A stretch of 64,000 nt of DNA from a virus, in the IMG/VR virus record IMGVR_UViG_3300046468_001139, one strand, 5' to 3'. The notes beneath the pieces are model-generated. The model did not search any database. It saw nothing but the letters and a program-made list of their open reading frames with translations, and was not told the DNA's origin. Made by a program: the position numbers and the translations under genes. Shown in pieces: positions 9,174-18,857 of this stretch. Numbering within the stretch: position 1 is the stretch's first letter; every line of letters begins with the position of its first letter.

Positions 9174-10293
9174 AGCATTTCAAGACTTTTACAAAGAACA
9201 ATCTATTAAGCATATGCTTCTAGTTGAGCATAACAATGAATTACTGAGCCCTCCGTTTGCTACAGAAAAATGTAAAGACTACAGTAAAGTATTTTACAAA
9301 GGTGATTATATTAATTTAGATTTGCTACCAGCAACTAGCAAGACTAATGCTGTTGCACAAATTAAAGATAGCAGTTGGTTTCTTCCATATGGTATTTGGG
9401 ACGAATTCAATACTGTTGTAGAACTACGTGGCACAACACCTTACTATCATACATTACCATTCAAAGGTAAAGGACAATTTTATAGTGTAGCAACAAACGG
9501 AAAGACTGCATTTAGTTTTCCATTAGGATATGAAGATACAAACTTTGGATTGTACATTGACGGAATAATTAAAACACATGAGTTGCCTATTAAAGGTAAA
9601 AAGTTACATATGGGAACTGTGTACTGCAACGGACGATATTGGAGTATGCCTAGAGGCGATGAACCTGGTTACAATACGCTTTTAAGTTTTGATGGTGAAC
9701 AATATCAAAGTTATGAATTAGATGTTGATCCTAATATTACTAGAAAGTACACAGACATTATTGTTAAAGGTAATACATTATACAGTTTACCGTTTGGAGA
9801 AACTAAAGGACTTAACACTATTGTAGAGTTTGATACAGAAACAAATACTGCTACGTATCATACTATCGACGGAGTAGACTTTGCTAAAAAATATAACTGC
9901 GGTGTATTACTAGGTGATAAAATTGTTGCTGTACCTTACGGTGATGAACATGCTAATGATAGTAACTGGGGATTAGTATTTGATACAGTTACAAAAGAAA
10001 CTACACAGTTTGATATCAAATTAGACTTTGGTGGCAAATATAGATTTAGATGTGGTATTGAATACAAAGGCAATGCGTACTTCTTTCCAAGCGGAACACC
10101 TAGTTGTCCTGTTATAGTAATTGACGATCAAGGGTATATTGTTAAAGACGAAACTTTCAAAGGTTTAATTTTTGGTAGACCTATTATACACAAAGACTAC
10201 ATAAATGTATTAGGATACCACATCGAAACACAGGAACATTTTATCTTTGTTTTTGGTGATAATTTGAAGGTAAAAGAGGTAACCAAAATATGA
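9166..10293 (+). CDS. Beta-propeller-like repeat protein
   Basis: Repeats WFLPYG/FSFPLG/WSMPRG/YSLPFG/VAVPYG/YFFPSG; paralog of the upstream gene. Confidence 0.65.
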   Translation: MYKAFQDFYKEQSIKHMLLVEHNNELLSPPFATEKCKDYSKVFYKGDYINLDLLPATSKTNAVAQIKDSSWFLPYGIWDEFNTVVELRGTTPYYHTLPFKGKGQFYSVATNGKTAFSFPLGYEDTNFGLYIDGIIKTHELPIKGKKLHMGTVYCNGRYWSMPRGDEPGYNTLLSFDGEQYQSYELDVDPNITRKYTDIIVKGNTLYSLPFGETKGLNTIVEFDTETNTATYHTIDGVDFAKKYNCGVLLGDKIVAVPYGDEHANDSNWGLVFDTVTKETTQFDIKLDFGGKYRFRCGIEYKGNAYFFPSGTPSCPVIVIDDQGYIVKDETFKGLIFGRPIIHKDYINVLGYHIETQEHFIFVFGDNLKVKEVTKI

Positions 10294-11414
10294 AATGTTT
10301 TGCTCCTTGGCATAGTATTACAGTACGCTTTAATGGTGATATTGTACCCTGCTGTGTGTATAAAGAACGCTATGGTAACGTGCTTAAAACACCTTTAAAC
10401 ACCGTCTTAGACAGCGTTACAGCGTCATACACAAAGGATAGCTTCCGTAATGGAGTGTTACCGCCAGCTTGTCAACAATGCACGTTAAAAGAAGAATCTG
10501 CAGGTCATAGCAGACGTTTATTCTTCCGTGATACACTCAATCCAATGTTGGAAAATACCAATTACGACTACTCAAAAAACTTCACAGATATCTACTTTTT
10601 GGAGTTTAATATGAGTAATATTTGTAATTTGAAATGTCGTATGTGTAGTGGACTTGCTTCTAGTGCCTGGGTTAAAGATGATATCAAATTACATAATTTG
10701 GACAGCAATTATCAACGCCCTGTTGACAGTCCAGAGTTTGGTTACACAAATAAAAGCGAACAAATTATAGAACGGTTGTTTGAAGATCCTACTCCATTTA
10801 TGAACTTACAATATCTAAGCATACTAGGTGGGGAACCTTACATGGAACCTGCTAACAAAATAATATTACAAAAGTTTATTGATCTTGGTATCGCTAAAAA
10901 CATTACACTTGACTGGACTACTAATGGTACTATTGTAGATGAGGAAGTACATGAACTTGCAAAACAGTTTGGTCAAACTAAATGGAATATAAGTGTTGAA
11001 GGTACTGAAGGACTATACGAATATATTAGAGGTGGTAAAAACTTTACGTTTGCAGAACTAAATGAAAATTTAAAACAGTTTAATTTTGCAACTAGAGTAA
11101 TTATTACTACAACTGTTATGGCATATAACATTGCACACTTAGATAAACTGTATTGGTGGTTTGAAGAAAATAAACAAGACAACTGGGAAATATATTTTAC
11201 AAATGTTGTAGTAACACCGCCTTACTTAAATCCGCAAGTTTTACCTAACAGCGTATTAGACAAAATTGATTTTAGATTTCCTAATATAAAGTACACTAGC
11301 AAAGACGATAGTAAACTGCTAGACACGTTTGTTAAGTATACAAAAGATTTAGATAAAATTAGAAACGAAAACGTATTAGACTATTGTCCAGAACTTAGTT
11401 TTTTATTTAAGTAA
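10290..11414 (+). CDS. Radical SAM protein with N-terminal SPASM-like domain
   Basis: CFAPWH...GDIVPCC...CQQC; CNLKCRMC; LGGEP; TTNGT. Confidence 0.88.
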   Translation: MKCFAPWHSITVRFNGDIVPCCVYKERYGNVLKTPLNTVLDSVTASYTKDSFRNGVLPPACQQCTLKEESAGHSRRLFFRDTLNPMLENTNYDYSKNFTDIYFLEFNMSNICNLKCRMCSGLASSAWVKDDIKLHNLDSNYQRPVDSPEFGYTNKSEQIIERLFEDPTPFMNLQYLSILGGEPYMEPANKIILQKFIDLGIAKNITLDWTTNGTIVDEEVHELAKQFGQTKWNISVEGTEGLYEYIRGGKNFTFAELNENLKQFNFATRVIITTTVMAYNIAHLDKLYWWFEENKQDNWEIYFTNVVVTPPYLNPQVLPNSVLDKIDFRFPNIKYTSKDDSKLLDTFVKYTKDLDKIRNENVLDYCPELSFLFK

Positions 11415-11587
11415 GCCTCTTCGAATCCCTCTTCCCGTGCATATAAAGGAGCACCATCACTTCCTGCTCTCCACAGCCTTTTAAAATAACTGTCAGCTGA
11501 TTGTAATGCTGTTTCATCGCTACAATCAATATGTCCTTTAACCATCCAAAACAGTCGGTATGCTTCTTTCAGTTCTGCTTCGTCCAT
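11381..11587 (-). CDS. Small hypothetical protein (68 aa)
   Basis: ATG at 11587 preceded by AAGGA; fills the gap between two convergent radical SAM genes. Confidence 0.5.
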   Translation of the reverse strand: MDEAELKEAYRLFWMVKGHIDCSDETALQSADSYFKRLWRAGSDGAPLYAREEGFEEAYLNKKLSSGQ

Positions 11588-12497
11588 TGCCACGGTCCTT
11601 CCGTATGTATATATCACTCAAACATCCGCATACTGTTTTTCCGCATGTAATAGGCTCAGTTGGTAATCTATATCGTTCCATATTTCCTATTGGGCCACCA
11701 AATTGACAATCTGCTCTATATAGGTTACCCCACATATCTACGTTTACTCCGTCAATGCCTGCCCAACACTTCCAACCAGCAAAGTTATTCATTCCTGATA
11801 TAATTAAATCGTTTGCTGTAATAGGTTGTTCGTCAAGTTTAAGATCGCCACGATGTAGTTTATCATCGTTAACTTCTCTAGCAAATGGCCACTGGCCAAT
11901 TATTTGTTTTTGTTCGTTACTATAAGGAGATACAGTATTAGTAATATGCTCTCCGTCTGTTTTATCTAAAATAACTTTAGGATATATTGACATCCTATCT
12001 GTTCTATCATATAGGTATTGTGCTATTTTATACTGTTCGTCAAATGCTTCTTTGCCTGGTGGCAACATTAAATTAACAATAATTTCACAAGTTGTTGCAT
12101 TTGCAATTTCTACAAAGTGTGATGCACTTGAATATTCTGGGTGGTAACTTATAAGCATACCATCAGTATATGGATCTATCTTTTTAAAGTATTCAACTGA
12201 TTGACTTCCGTTTGTAACAAAACTAAATGTGTGTCCTTGTTCTTTAACAAGTTTTGCAAGATCAATAAAGTGTTTCCAATACGTAGGCTCTCCGCCACTA
12301 AGTCTATAACAAATTTCTTTAGCAGGTACTTTAAAATTCTCAACAAAGTTTTTAACAGTTTCCCATTTAGGTTGTCCTGTTGTTCCATTGTGCAAATGGT
12401 CTGGACAATAAGAACACCGATAGTTACACTTATTGCTTAAGGTCCAACTAACTAAGAACCAATCTTCTTTTGCTTTATCTTGATAGTCTAGTTTCAT
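11538..12497 (-). CDS. Radical SAM protein with C-terminal twitch-like Cys cluster
   Basis: CNYRCSYC; SGGEP; VTNGS; FAGWKCWAG...CGKTVCGC. Paralog of 16345..17304. Confidence 0.88.
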   Translation of the reverse strand: MKLDYQDKAKEDWFLVSWTLSNKCNYRCSYCPDHLHNGTTGQPKWETVKNFVENFKVPAKEICYRLSGGEPTYWKHFIDLAKLVKEQGHTFSFVTNGSQSVEYFKKIDPYTDGMLISYHPEYSSASHFVEIANATTCEIIVNLMLPPGKEAFDEQYKIAQYLYDRTDRMSIYPKVILDKTDGEHITNTVSPYSNEQKQIIGQWPFAREVNDDKLHRGDLKLDEQPITANDLIISGMNNFAGWKCWAGIDGVNVDMWGNLYRADCQFGGPIGNMERYRLPTEPITCGKTVCGCLSDIYIRKDRGNGRSRTERSIPTVLDG

Positions 12498-13141
12498 TCG
12501 CTCATGCTATTCTTAATAATTAAATCGTGTGTACGTTGATTTAGTTTAACTGTAAGGATTAATGAATGTAGTCCGTTAGTATAACTAAACACACTATGCT
12601 CTTTTTGGAAGTTAATAAAATGTACATATTCTGGATCAGGATAAATTAGTTTCTTATCTAGTATATGTGCATAGTTCTCAGGTTGGCATTTACCAAACGT
12701 AACTAGTAATCTAAAGTACTCCGGACCTACTCCTGGAAAATCTCTATGTGGTGGAAAGAATCCTCCCTCATCAACTCTAAGTAAATGTACACGACCAATG
12801 TCAGGTGCAAATACATCTACAAGACTTGCAAGTTGCGGAATGTTCTTGTATACTTCAGTTGGTGTTGTAAAGTTTTCTTCTTTCATTTCAACATCGTGGT
12901 AGCGTTGCATATGGCCAAAGCTATTCAAATGATAGTTGTCCATTACATCACCTGTATGACTTGTTACAGGTAAACCCCAACGGTTGTTGTGTGTATCTTT
13001 TTTTGCGTTATAAGGACACCAATTATCTTCAAACTGTTCTAACTGTTGTACAAGCTCATGCCCGTTAACTTTTAGTTTTAGTTTTACCATGTCGCCTAAA
13101 TTACATAGGCTATTCCATAGTAAGGCTCTTTCGGTATTCAT
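12494..13141 (-). CDS. 2OG-Fe(II) oxygenase, aspartyl/asparaginyl beta-hydroxylase-like
   Basis: GRVHLLRVDEGGFFPPHRD...INFQKEHSVFS. Confidence 0.7.
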   Translation of the reverse strand: MNTERALLWNSLCNLGDMVKLKLKVNGHELVQQLEQFEDNWCPYNAKKDTHNNRWGLPVTSHTGDVMDNYHLNSFGHMQRYHDVEMKEENFTTPTEVYKNIPQLASLVDVFAPDIGRVHLLRVDEGGFFPPHRDFPGVGPEYFRLLVTFGKCQPENYAHILDKKLIYPDPEYVHFINFQKEHSVFSYTNGLHSLILTVKLNQRTHDLIIKNSMSE

Positions 13142-14442
13142 TATATGTGTTCTCCTAATTCGGGAAACGTTTTTCTAAAGTCCGTTCCACGTTGTTCATC
13201 TAATACTCTTAAATAATCTTGTAGTTGAGGTAGTTTATTTGACCAATCTTCGCTCATCATATATTCTATTAATCCTTCAAATCTTCTTTTGCCCATTGCA
13301 TGTTCGTTCCAAGCACTATTAAATTTTTGGCTATCAATAAACCGTTCTATATTATCTTTAGCGAACTGTTTATATGCTTGTGGTAGCACACGTATATTTA
13401 AGTATGACGGAAAGTATACTAAGTGTGTACCTATAAGCCCACCACCAAACGGCAATACGTTAATATTATTAAACTGCTGTTGGATTTTCCACTCTGCAAG
13501 TTCATGTATATATGCTACATTTAGCAACTGTACTGCACAGGCCATGTTAACTTTGATATTAGGTCCTGCTTTATCTAATTTATGTAAGTTTGTACTTATA
13601 TCTTTCCATTTACTTGGATAGCGTATATAATCATTCTTATCTCCATACGCATCAATACTAAAATTAAATGTTACTTCCTCAAAATGTTTCCACAATGCAA
13701 ATAACTTATCAGGTAATTCTAATCCATTACTGTTATAACGTATACAAATATGTTTACTAAATCCGTTATCAACCATAAACTCTAATATAGCATAATGCTC
13801 TGGTATTAGTAGAGGTTCGCCTCCTGCAAAATACAATTCTTTAATATGTTGTGCTTGGTCTTTCATAGAATCAAGGAAGGATCCTTTCTTGTACCAAGTA
13901 TAATCAAAGTCTTGATCCCAACTTTGTTCTGCAATTAAGTCTTTGTTTTTGTATTTAGGTTTTTGTAGTTTCCATTCTTTAATCCAACTGCTTGAATCAT
14001 GTGGACTACACATTACGCACTTTAATTGGCACAAGTTACCAAGGCGTAAATCAAAGTAAGGAATGTTAACAGGTAAGTTACCGTCTGCGTCTGTTTGTTC
14101 TACAATACTATCAATGTCTAAACGCTTTTCCCACACTTTAGTTTCCCATTGACGCTTACTTACAATACCTTTTTCTTCTTCTGCAAAACATTTACGACAA
14201 CTTGCAGGTACTTGGTCATTTAGCATTTGCAATCTTGTGTTACGCATATGCTCACTATTCCATACTTCTTCAATAGTATGGTCACGCATATTCATAGCAA
14301 TGCCGTCTTTCTTAACAAGCCCTACTGTTTTGTCATCTTCTATCCCTGCACCTGATGCATTAGCAGTACAACAAACTCTAACGTCACCGTTAGGTCGTGT
14401 TGCTAAATGTATCCAAGGTAAAGGACAAAATGTTTTACTCAT
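13141..14442 (-). CDS. Radical SAM protein with N-terminal SPASM-like domain
   Basis: FCPLPWIH...GDVRVCC...VWNS...CRKC; CQLKCVMC; AGGEP; NSNG. Start at ATG 14442 (AAGG 7 nt upstream). Confidence 0.9.
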   Translation of the reverse strand: MSKTFCPLPWIHLATRPNGDVRVCCTANASGAGIEDDKTVGLVKKDGIAMNMRDHTIEEVWNSEHMRNTRLQMLNDQVPASCRKCFAEEEKGIVSKRQWETKVWEKRLDIDSIVEQTDADGNLPVNIPYFDLRLGNLCQLKCVMCSPHDSSSWIKEWKLQKPKYKNKDLIAEQSWDQDFDYTWYKKGSFLDSMKDQAQHIKELYFAGGEPLLIPEHYAILEFMVDNGFSKHICIRYNSNGLELPDKLFALWKHFEEVTFNFSIDAYGDKNDYIRYPSKWKDISTNLHKLDKAGPNIKVNMACAVQLLNVAYIHELAEWKIQQQFNNINVLPFGGGLIGTHLVYFPSYLNIRVLPQAYKQFAKDNIERFIDSQKFNSAWNEHAMGKRRFEGLIEYMMSEDWSNKLPQLQDYLRVLDEQRGTDFRKTFPELGEHI

Positions 14443-15433
14443 GCTCATGCCTTTCAAACTGTGCGTTTAGTTTATCAAACGTTCCGCATTGTTTTGAACA
14501 TTCTTTAAGTCCAGTACTAGTCCAACAACTACTAATCTTGTTAAAAAAGCCGTTGTCAAAAATCTCTTCAAATGAATGATTGTGTAAATTAGGATATTCT
14601 TTAATTTTTGTCATGTAATCTATTCTTGAATGAGAGTGTTGTGGTAACCATTCTAAATCTAACCAACAACAAGGACTAACGTTTCCGTTTGCGGCAATAT
14701 ACATTTGTTTATCTTGAACTGCTTTACAATTAATAGTTGGCATAGATTCGTTCCTAGCTTTTTCTGCTGGAGCAATCATTTCTAAACTCTTTTGTGATGG
14801 TAATAGTGTATGCGTAATATTATAGTCGTCATCAATTACATCTAACTTACCATCTCTAAAACGTGTAGTATGCTTAATACTAAATCCTTTAAAGCCTAAG
14901 TCTTTACTTAATTGTTCACATGCACTTACTTGGTGTTCGTTATGTTTGAATACAAGCATATCCCATCTTGCATCTCCACCTGCTTCAATAAATGCTTGTG
15001 CGTTTTCTAAAATTTTCTCATAGTTTGTACTAATTCTATATAACGCATGAGTATCTCCTAGTCCGTCAATACCAAATACAATTTTTACTCCTACATCTGC
15101 AAGACTTTTAAACCAGTCAGTAGTTCTTGCACTTCCGTTAGTGTGCATTTGCAAGGTCATAAAAGGATTGTGCTTACGTAGGTATTGCATTATGCCTAGT
15201 GTGTCTTTGGCCATAATAGGATCGCCTAAGTTACCACACATATTTAGAAACTTTAATTGTTGTACAAAACTTACAGGAAACCATTTTGTAAATTGTTGGT
15301 AACTAATTTCTGTAAGATCTAAACTGTCAAGTTCAGGTCCACCATTGATCCTTCTTGGACACATAGGACATCTTGCTTGGCACCTTGTTGTAACTTCTAA
15401 ATGTATTGATGTAATATCTTCGTAGTTATACAT
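14435..15433 (-). CDS. Radical SAM protein with C-terminal SPASM/twitch-like domain
   Basis: CQARCPMC; GNLGDP; HTNGS; GNVSPCCW...CSKQC. Confidence 0.88.
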   Translation of the reverse strand: MYNYEDITSIHLEVTTRCQARCPMCPRRINGGPELDSLDLTEISYQQFTKWFPVSFVQQLKFLNMCGNLGDPIMAKDTLGIMQYLRKHNPFMTLQMHTNGSARTTDWFKSLADVGVKIVFGIDGLGDTHALYRISTNYEKILENAQAFIEAGGDARWDMLVFKHNEHQVSACEQLSKDLGFKGFSIKHTTRFRDGKLDVIDDDYNITHTLLPSQKSLEMIAPAEKARNESMPTINCKAVQDKQMYIAANGNVSPCCWLDLEWLPQHSHSRIDYMTKIKEYPNLHNHSFEEIFDNGFFNKISSCWTSTGLKECSKQCGTFDKLNAQFERHEHE

Positions 15434-16037
15434 CTTTTGTTCCTATAATCATAAATCGTTTATATTTTGTTAATTCTAATTCTTTTGCAACTTCAATTTT
15501 TAACTTTGATTTCTTTTCAAACTCGCCAAGCGTTTCACTACAGTTAACATGTTCTTCTAACTCGGTGTAGTTATTAGATTGTAAAATTATCTTTGTACCC
15601 TTTGGTATATTATTTAACCATTGCATATATTGTTCTTGTGTAATATGTTCGCAACTTGTATTAATAACAAAATAAGGACTAGTTGTATATTCGTAAGTAC
15701 ACATATCTGCTGTAACTGCTTCAAACATACCTTCCATCTCTTGACGCTTGTTTACTGTACTTGCAATTTCTTTACAAACAGGATCAAGGTCTACACTTGT
15801 AATATGTTTAATACCAATATCACTATTGAATAACATATTTGCTAACACACCATTCCAACCGCCATGTATAACAACACTAGCATTACTAATTGTTTTAGCC
15901 TTTGCTTGTAGAATATCAACTAACCAAGTTTTAGATTCTAACTGTCCGCCCCAAAAACTTTCTAAGGTACGGCTTCTGTCATCGCTGTTACGAATAGCGT
16001 CCATCCAAAACTTAATATCTTTAATATCTATTTTCAT
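15426..16037 (-). CDS. Class I SAM-dependent methyltransferase
   Basis: VVIHGGWNG motif I; ITSVDLD motif II; ADM; VINTSCEH. Confidence 0.7.
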   Translation of the reverse strand: MKIDIKDIKFWMDAIRNSDDRSRTLESFWGGQLESKTWLVDILQAKAKTISNASVVIHGGWNGVLANMLFNSDIGIKHITSVDLDPVCKEIASTVNKRQEMEGMFEAVTADMCTYEYTTSPYFVINTSCEHITQEQYMQWLNNIPKGTKIILQSNNYTELEEHVNCSETLGEFEKKSKLKIEVAKELELTKYKRFMIIGTKDV

Positions 16038-16348
16038 AATTCGTTAACTAACTTATCAAAGGCTTCTTCACCTAATACATTGTATAATACTACTACTAAG
16101 AATATAAACCATAATAACCAAAACACATAATAGCCTAACTTTGTCCATCCTAATCCTAGTATTTTATATACTGTTGGCATAGGCAAATACTTTTCAAATA
16201 ATGTAGTAATATCCCATACAAATTTAAGCATAAAAATCCACATCAATGCTCTAACGTATTTGTTCTTTATATCAGAAACTTTAAAGTTTGCTTGTGCTTC
16301 TTTTACTTTTTTATCATGCGCCTTATAGCGTTCCCATAACTTCTTCAT
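16034..16348 (-). CDS. Small membrane protein (two predicted TM helices)
   Basis: Hydrophobic segments ALMWIFMLKFVWDITTLF and LGYYVFWLLWFIFLVVVLYNVL; basic N-terminus; translationally coupled to its neighbours. Confidence 0.6.
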   Translation of the reverse strand: MKKLWERYKAHDKKVKEAQANFKVSDIKNKYVRALMWIFMLKFVWDITTLFEKYLPMPTVYKILGLGWTKLGYYVFWLLWFIFLVVVLYNVLGEEAFDKLVNEL

Positions 16349-17304
16349 AGTTGTACCTTTGGTATTTTATTATCTGCACTACTAACACACGTATCAGTTA
16401 CACACTTAGATGGTGTCTTAAACAGCGTAAAACCGTCTTTAAGCGTACCTAGAGGTTCATCGCTACAACTGTAAGCTCTTTTAACTTCATCGCCACGTAT
16501 GATGCAACTTTGATATCCTGCGTTACAAGTCCAGCCTTTAAACTTATTAAAGCCAAATGCATTTAATCTTTCTGCTTGGTCAAGTTCGTATTCTATTCCA
16601 TCATTTGCTTTGAGCCTAACTTGTGCGGTTTGTTGCTCTGATTCTGTTTGTAGGATTTTTGTTTGTTCTTCCGTGTAACCACTGACCACAAATGACGCAG
16701 TTGGGTCGCTTTGTGGCTTAAGAGTAACATGTATTCCTCTATCAATAAATCGTAATGATCTTTCATAATATTCCTTCCATAGATCGGGTACCATAACTTG
16801 ATTGATTGTTACTAGTACTCCTTCTTTCATAAGCTGTAAACACTTGTCTCCAAACTCTTGTTCATTTGCAAACTCTGCATGGAAACTTGCTGTAATACTT
16901 CTACGTTGTAATCCTTTAGTTGCTTCTAACCATTTGTTCCACCATTTACTTCCTGGTGATAAATTTGTAGTCATATGTAAACTTTGATATTCTGGTGCTG
17001 TATCACTACAGTAATGCTCTATGAGCTCCCCAAAGTCTTTATATGCTGTTGGTTCTCCTCCGCTAAAACTAAAATGAAATTGTGTATACCCATTGTCTCT
17101 TGCTTGACTTTTTATTTCATCAATAGTACTTTTATATAAACTTAATTCTTGATGGTCAGGCTTATCTGTATTTGCATAAGGCCAACAGTAGCTACATTTA
17201 TAATTACAAAAACGTCCAAGTATCCAACTAACATTAAACAACGGATTGTCTAACATTGTTTTTTGTCCTAAAGACGTTATGTTATTAAAAGGAATCGTTT
17301 GCAT
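16345..17304 (-). CDS. Radical SAM protein with C-terminal twitch-like Cys cluster
   Basis: CNYKCSYC; SGGEP; TTNLS; FKGWTCNAG...CVTDTC. Confidence 0.88.
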   Translation of the reverse strand: MQTIPFNNITSLGQKTMLDNPLFNVSWILGRFCNYKCSYCWPYANTDKPDHQELSLYKSTIDEIKSQARDNGYTQFHFSFSGGEPTAYKDFGELIEHYCSDTAPEYQSLHMTTNLSPGSKWWNKWLEATKGLQRRSITASFHAEFANEQEFGDKCLQLMKEGVLVTINQVMVPDLWKEYYERSLRFIDRGIHVTLKPQSDPTASFVVSGYTEEQTKILQTESEQQTAQVRLKANDGIEYELDQAERLNAFGFNKFKGWTCNAGYQSCIIRGDEVKRAYSCSDEPLGTLKDGFTLFKTPSKCVTDTCVSSADNKIPKVQL

Positions 17305-17956
17305 ACTGTAGTTCTAACCATTCAAAATCGTTTATTAACCCCAAATCAGCGCCGTCAGAAAGGCCAAACTGCATACCAGCATTAGCACCTCGTAACGCAT
17401 ATCTACTATGTATTCCATCAGCATGAGTAGTCCAAGTTTTAAGTCGTTCATTTGTTTCTTCCTCTAGTTGTCCTTGTATTGTTTTACTTGCCAGCTTTGC
17501 ACATTCTCTAAACGCACCACGCCATGTACTTAATGGATCTGTGTTGAACGCAGTAATGTTACTAACTTCTGGCATTGCTTTAAATTTATCACTAATACTA
17601 GTAGTCATATCATTTGTTGTAGTGTCCATCTTTAGTGTAAGCATACGTGGTAATAACTTAACTCCACCATATCCATACTCTAATCCGTTAACAGGATTTC
17701 TTGCTCTCCACACATGAACACAATCTAAATCGTAACTACTAACTTCGTGATCAAATTTAAAATCGTCTACTATCTGGGCGTCACCATCTACAACCCAAAA
17801 CATTTTTGTAAAACATTTTTTAGCACCTGCTACGTGTGCTTGGTGAATTCCTTTAACATCTTTAACACGCTTTGCCATCGGATATTGTTGTTTAAGTTTA
17901 TCCCAATTACTATCAGCGTTTGCTTCACCGTAACTTATAAAAACAATATCATACAT
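17285..17956 (-). CDS. Putative GT-A fold glycosyltransferase
   Basis: DIVFISY...AKRVKDVKGIHQAH...FWVVDGD (DxD). Paralog of 24749..25633. Confidence 0.6.
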   Translation of the reverse strand: MYDIVFISYGEANADSNWDKLKQQYPMAKRVKDVKGIHQAHVAGAKKCFTKMFWVVDGDAQIVDDFKFDHEVSSYDLDCVHVWRARNPVNGLEYGYGGVKLLPRMLTLKMDTTTNDMTTSISDKFKAMPEVSNITAFNTDPLSTWRGAFRECAKLASKTIQGQLEEETNERLKTWTTHADGIHSRYALRGANAGMQFGLSDGADLGLINDFEWLELQYANDSF

Positions 17957-18857
17957 GTGGTGCTATCTCGTTAGCTAGTTCCTCTTGTATTAATCTATCT
18001 ACATGACAGTTATCTGGGAACCTGTCGCTGTCTGTCATAATTTTAATTACTTTTTCGTATTCGTCAACTATAGTTTTAAACTCTGTATCTTCACCTTCTG
18101 GTATATGAGGAATATTAAGTTCAGGTTTTTGTCTAGCAAACATACGTAAACTCTCTGCCGCATTTTCTGTTAGGTCTGGTCTACGTCTACGAACATTTTC
18201 TGCTGTACCCCAACTACTAATTAATGGTACTGGTCTTCCTATTATTTTATCCATCCACTCACGATGTACATATTTTATAAAAGTATACTTACTAATATCT
18301 TTAGGTAGTTTACCCCAACCTTCAATTACTAACCAAGGTATACCTGTTTGCTCGTAAATTGCTTGTGCGCCATCTAATGCTATTGTAAGTAATTCATCAC
18401 TTATCTCTTTAATGCTATTAGCATTTTTAATTTTATCTTCGCTTTGATCGTAATACTTTTGCAAGTCATATAGTCCTGCTTCATCTGGCCATAAACTTCT
18501 TTTTAAATCTCTACAAGGCTCAGTAAGCATCCATATGATTAAATCAGGTTTATAAAATACTGGACTAGTAAAACAAGGTGCAAGACCTAATGCTTCTTCA
18601 ACTTTAAAAATTGCTTCAAAGTTACCTGATCCACCAAACGCATAGTTGGCAGTAGCATGACCCATTTGATCTAAGTTGTAACCAAATCCTGGCCATACAA
18701 CTTGAAAAGGCTTAGGTGCAGAACCTTCTAAATATTTGTCTTTATTCCACGGTTGAAATAGTTCTGGGTGTTTAGGATTTGCACAAGCAGGTCCTGGAAT
18801 AATAGTTCCCCACTCACCTAGTGCATTACTGTCACCAACAATTAAAATTTTCTTCAT
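17949..18857 (-). CDS. SGNH/GDSL-fold hydrolase or acyltransferase-like protein
   Basis: ILIVGDSN block I; NYAFGGSGN block II; C-terminal DNCH. Confidence 0.6.
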   Translation of the reverse strand: MKKILIVGDSNALGEWGTIIPGPACANPKHPELFQPWNKDKYLEGSAPKPFQVVWPGFGYNLDQMGHATANYAFGGSGNFEAIFKVEEALGLAPCFTSPVFYKPDLIIWMLTEPCRDLKRSLWPDEAGLYDLQKYYDQSEDKIKNANSIKEISDELLTIALDGAQAIYEQTGIPWLVIEGWGKLPKDISKYTFIKYVHREWMDKIIGRPVPLISSWGTAENVRRRRPDLTENAAESLRMFARQKPELNIPHIPEGEDTEFKTIVDEYEKVIKIMTDSDRFPDNCHVDRLIQEELANEIAPHV

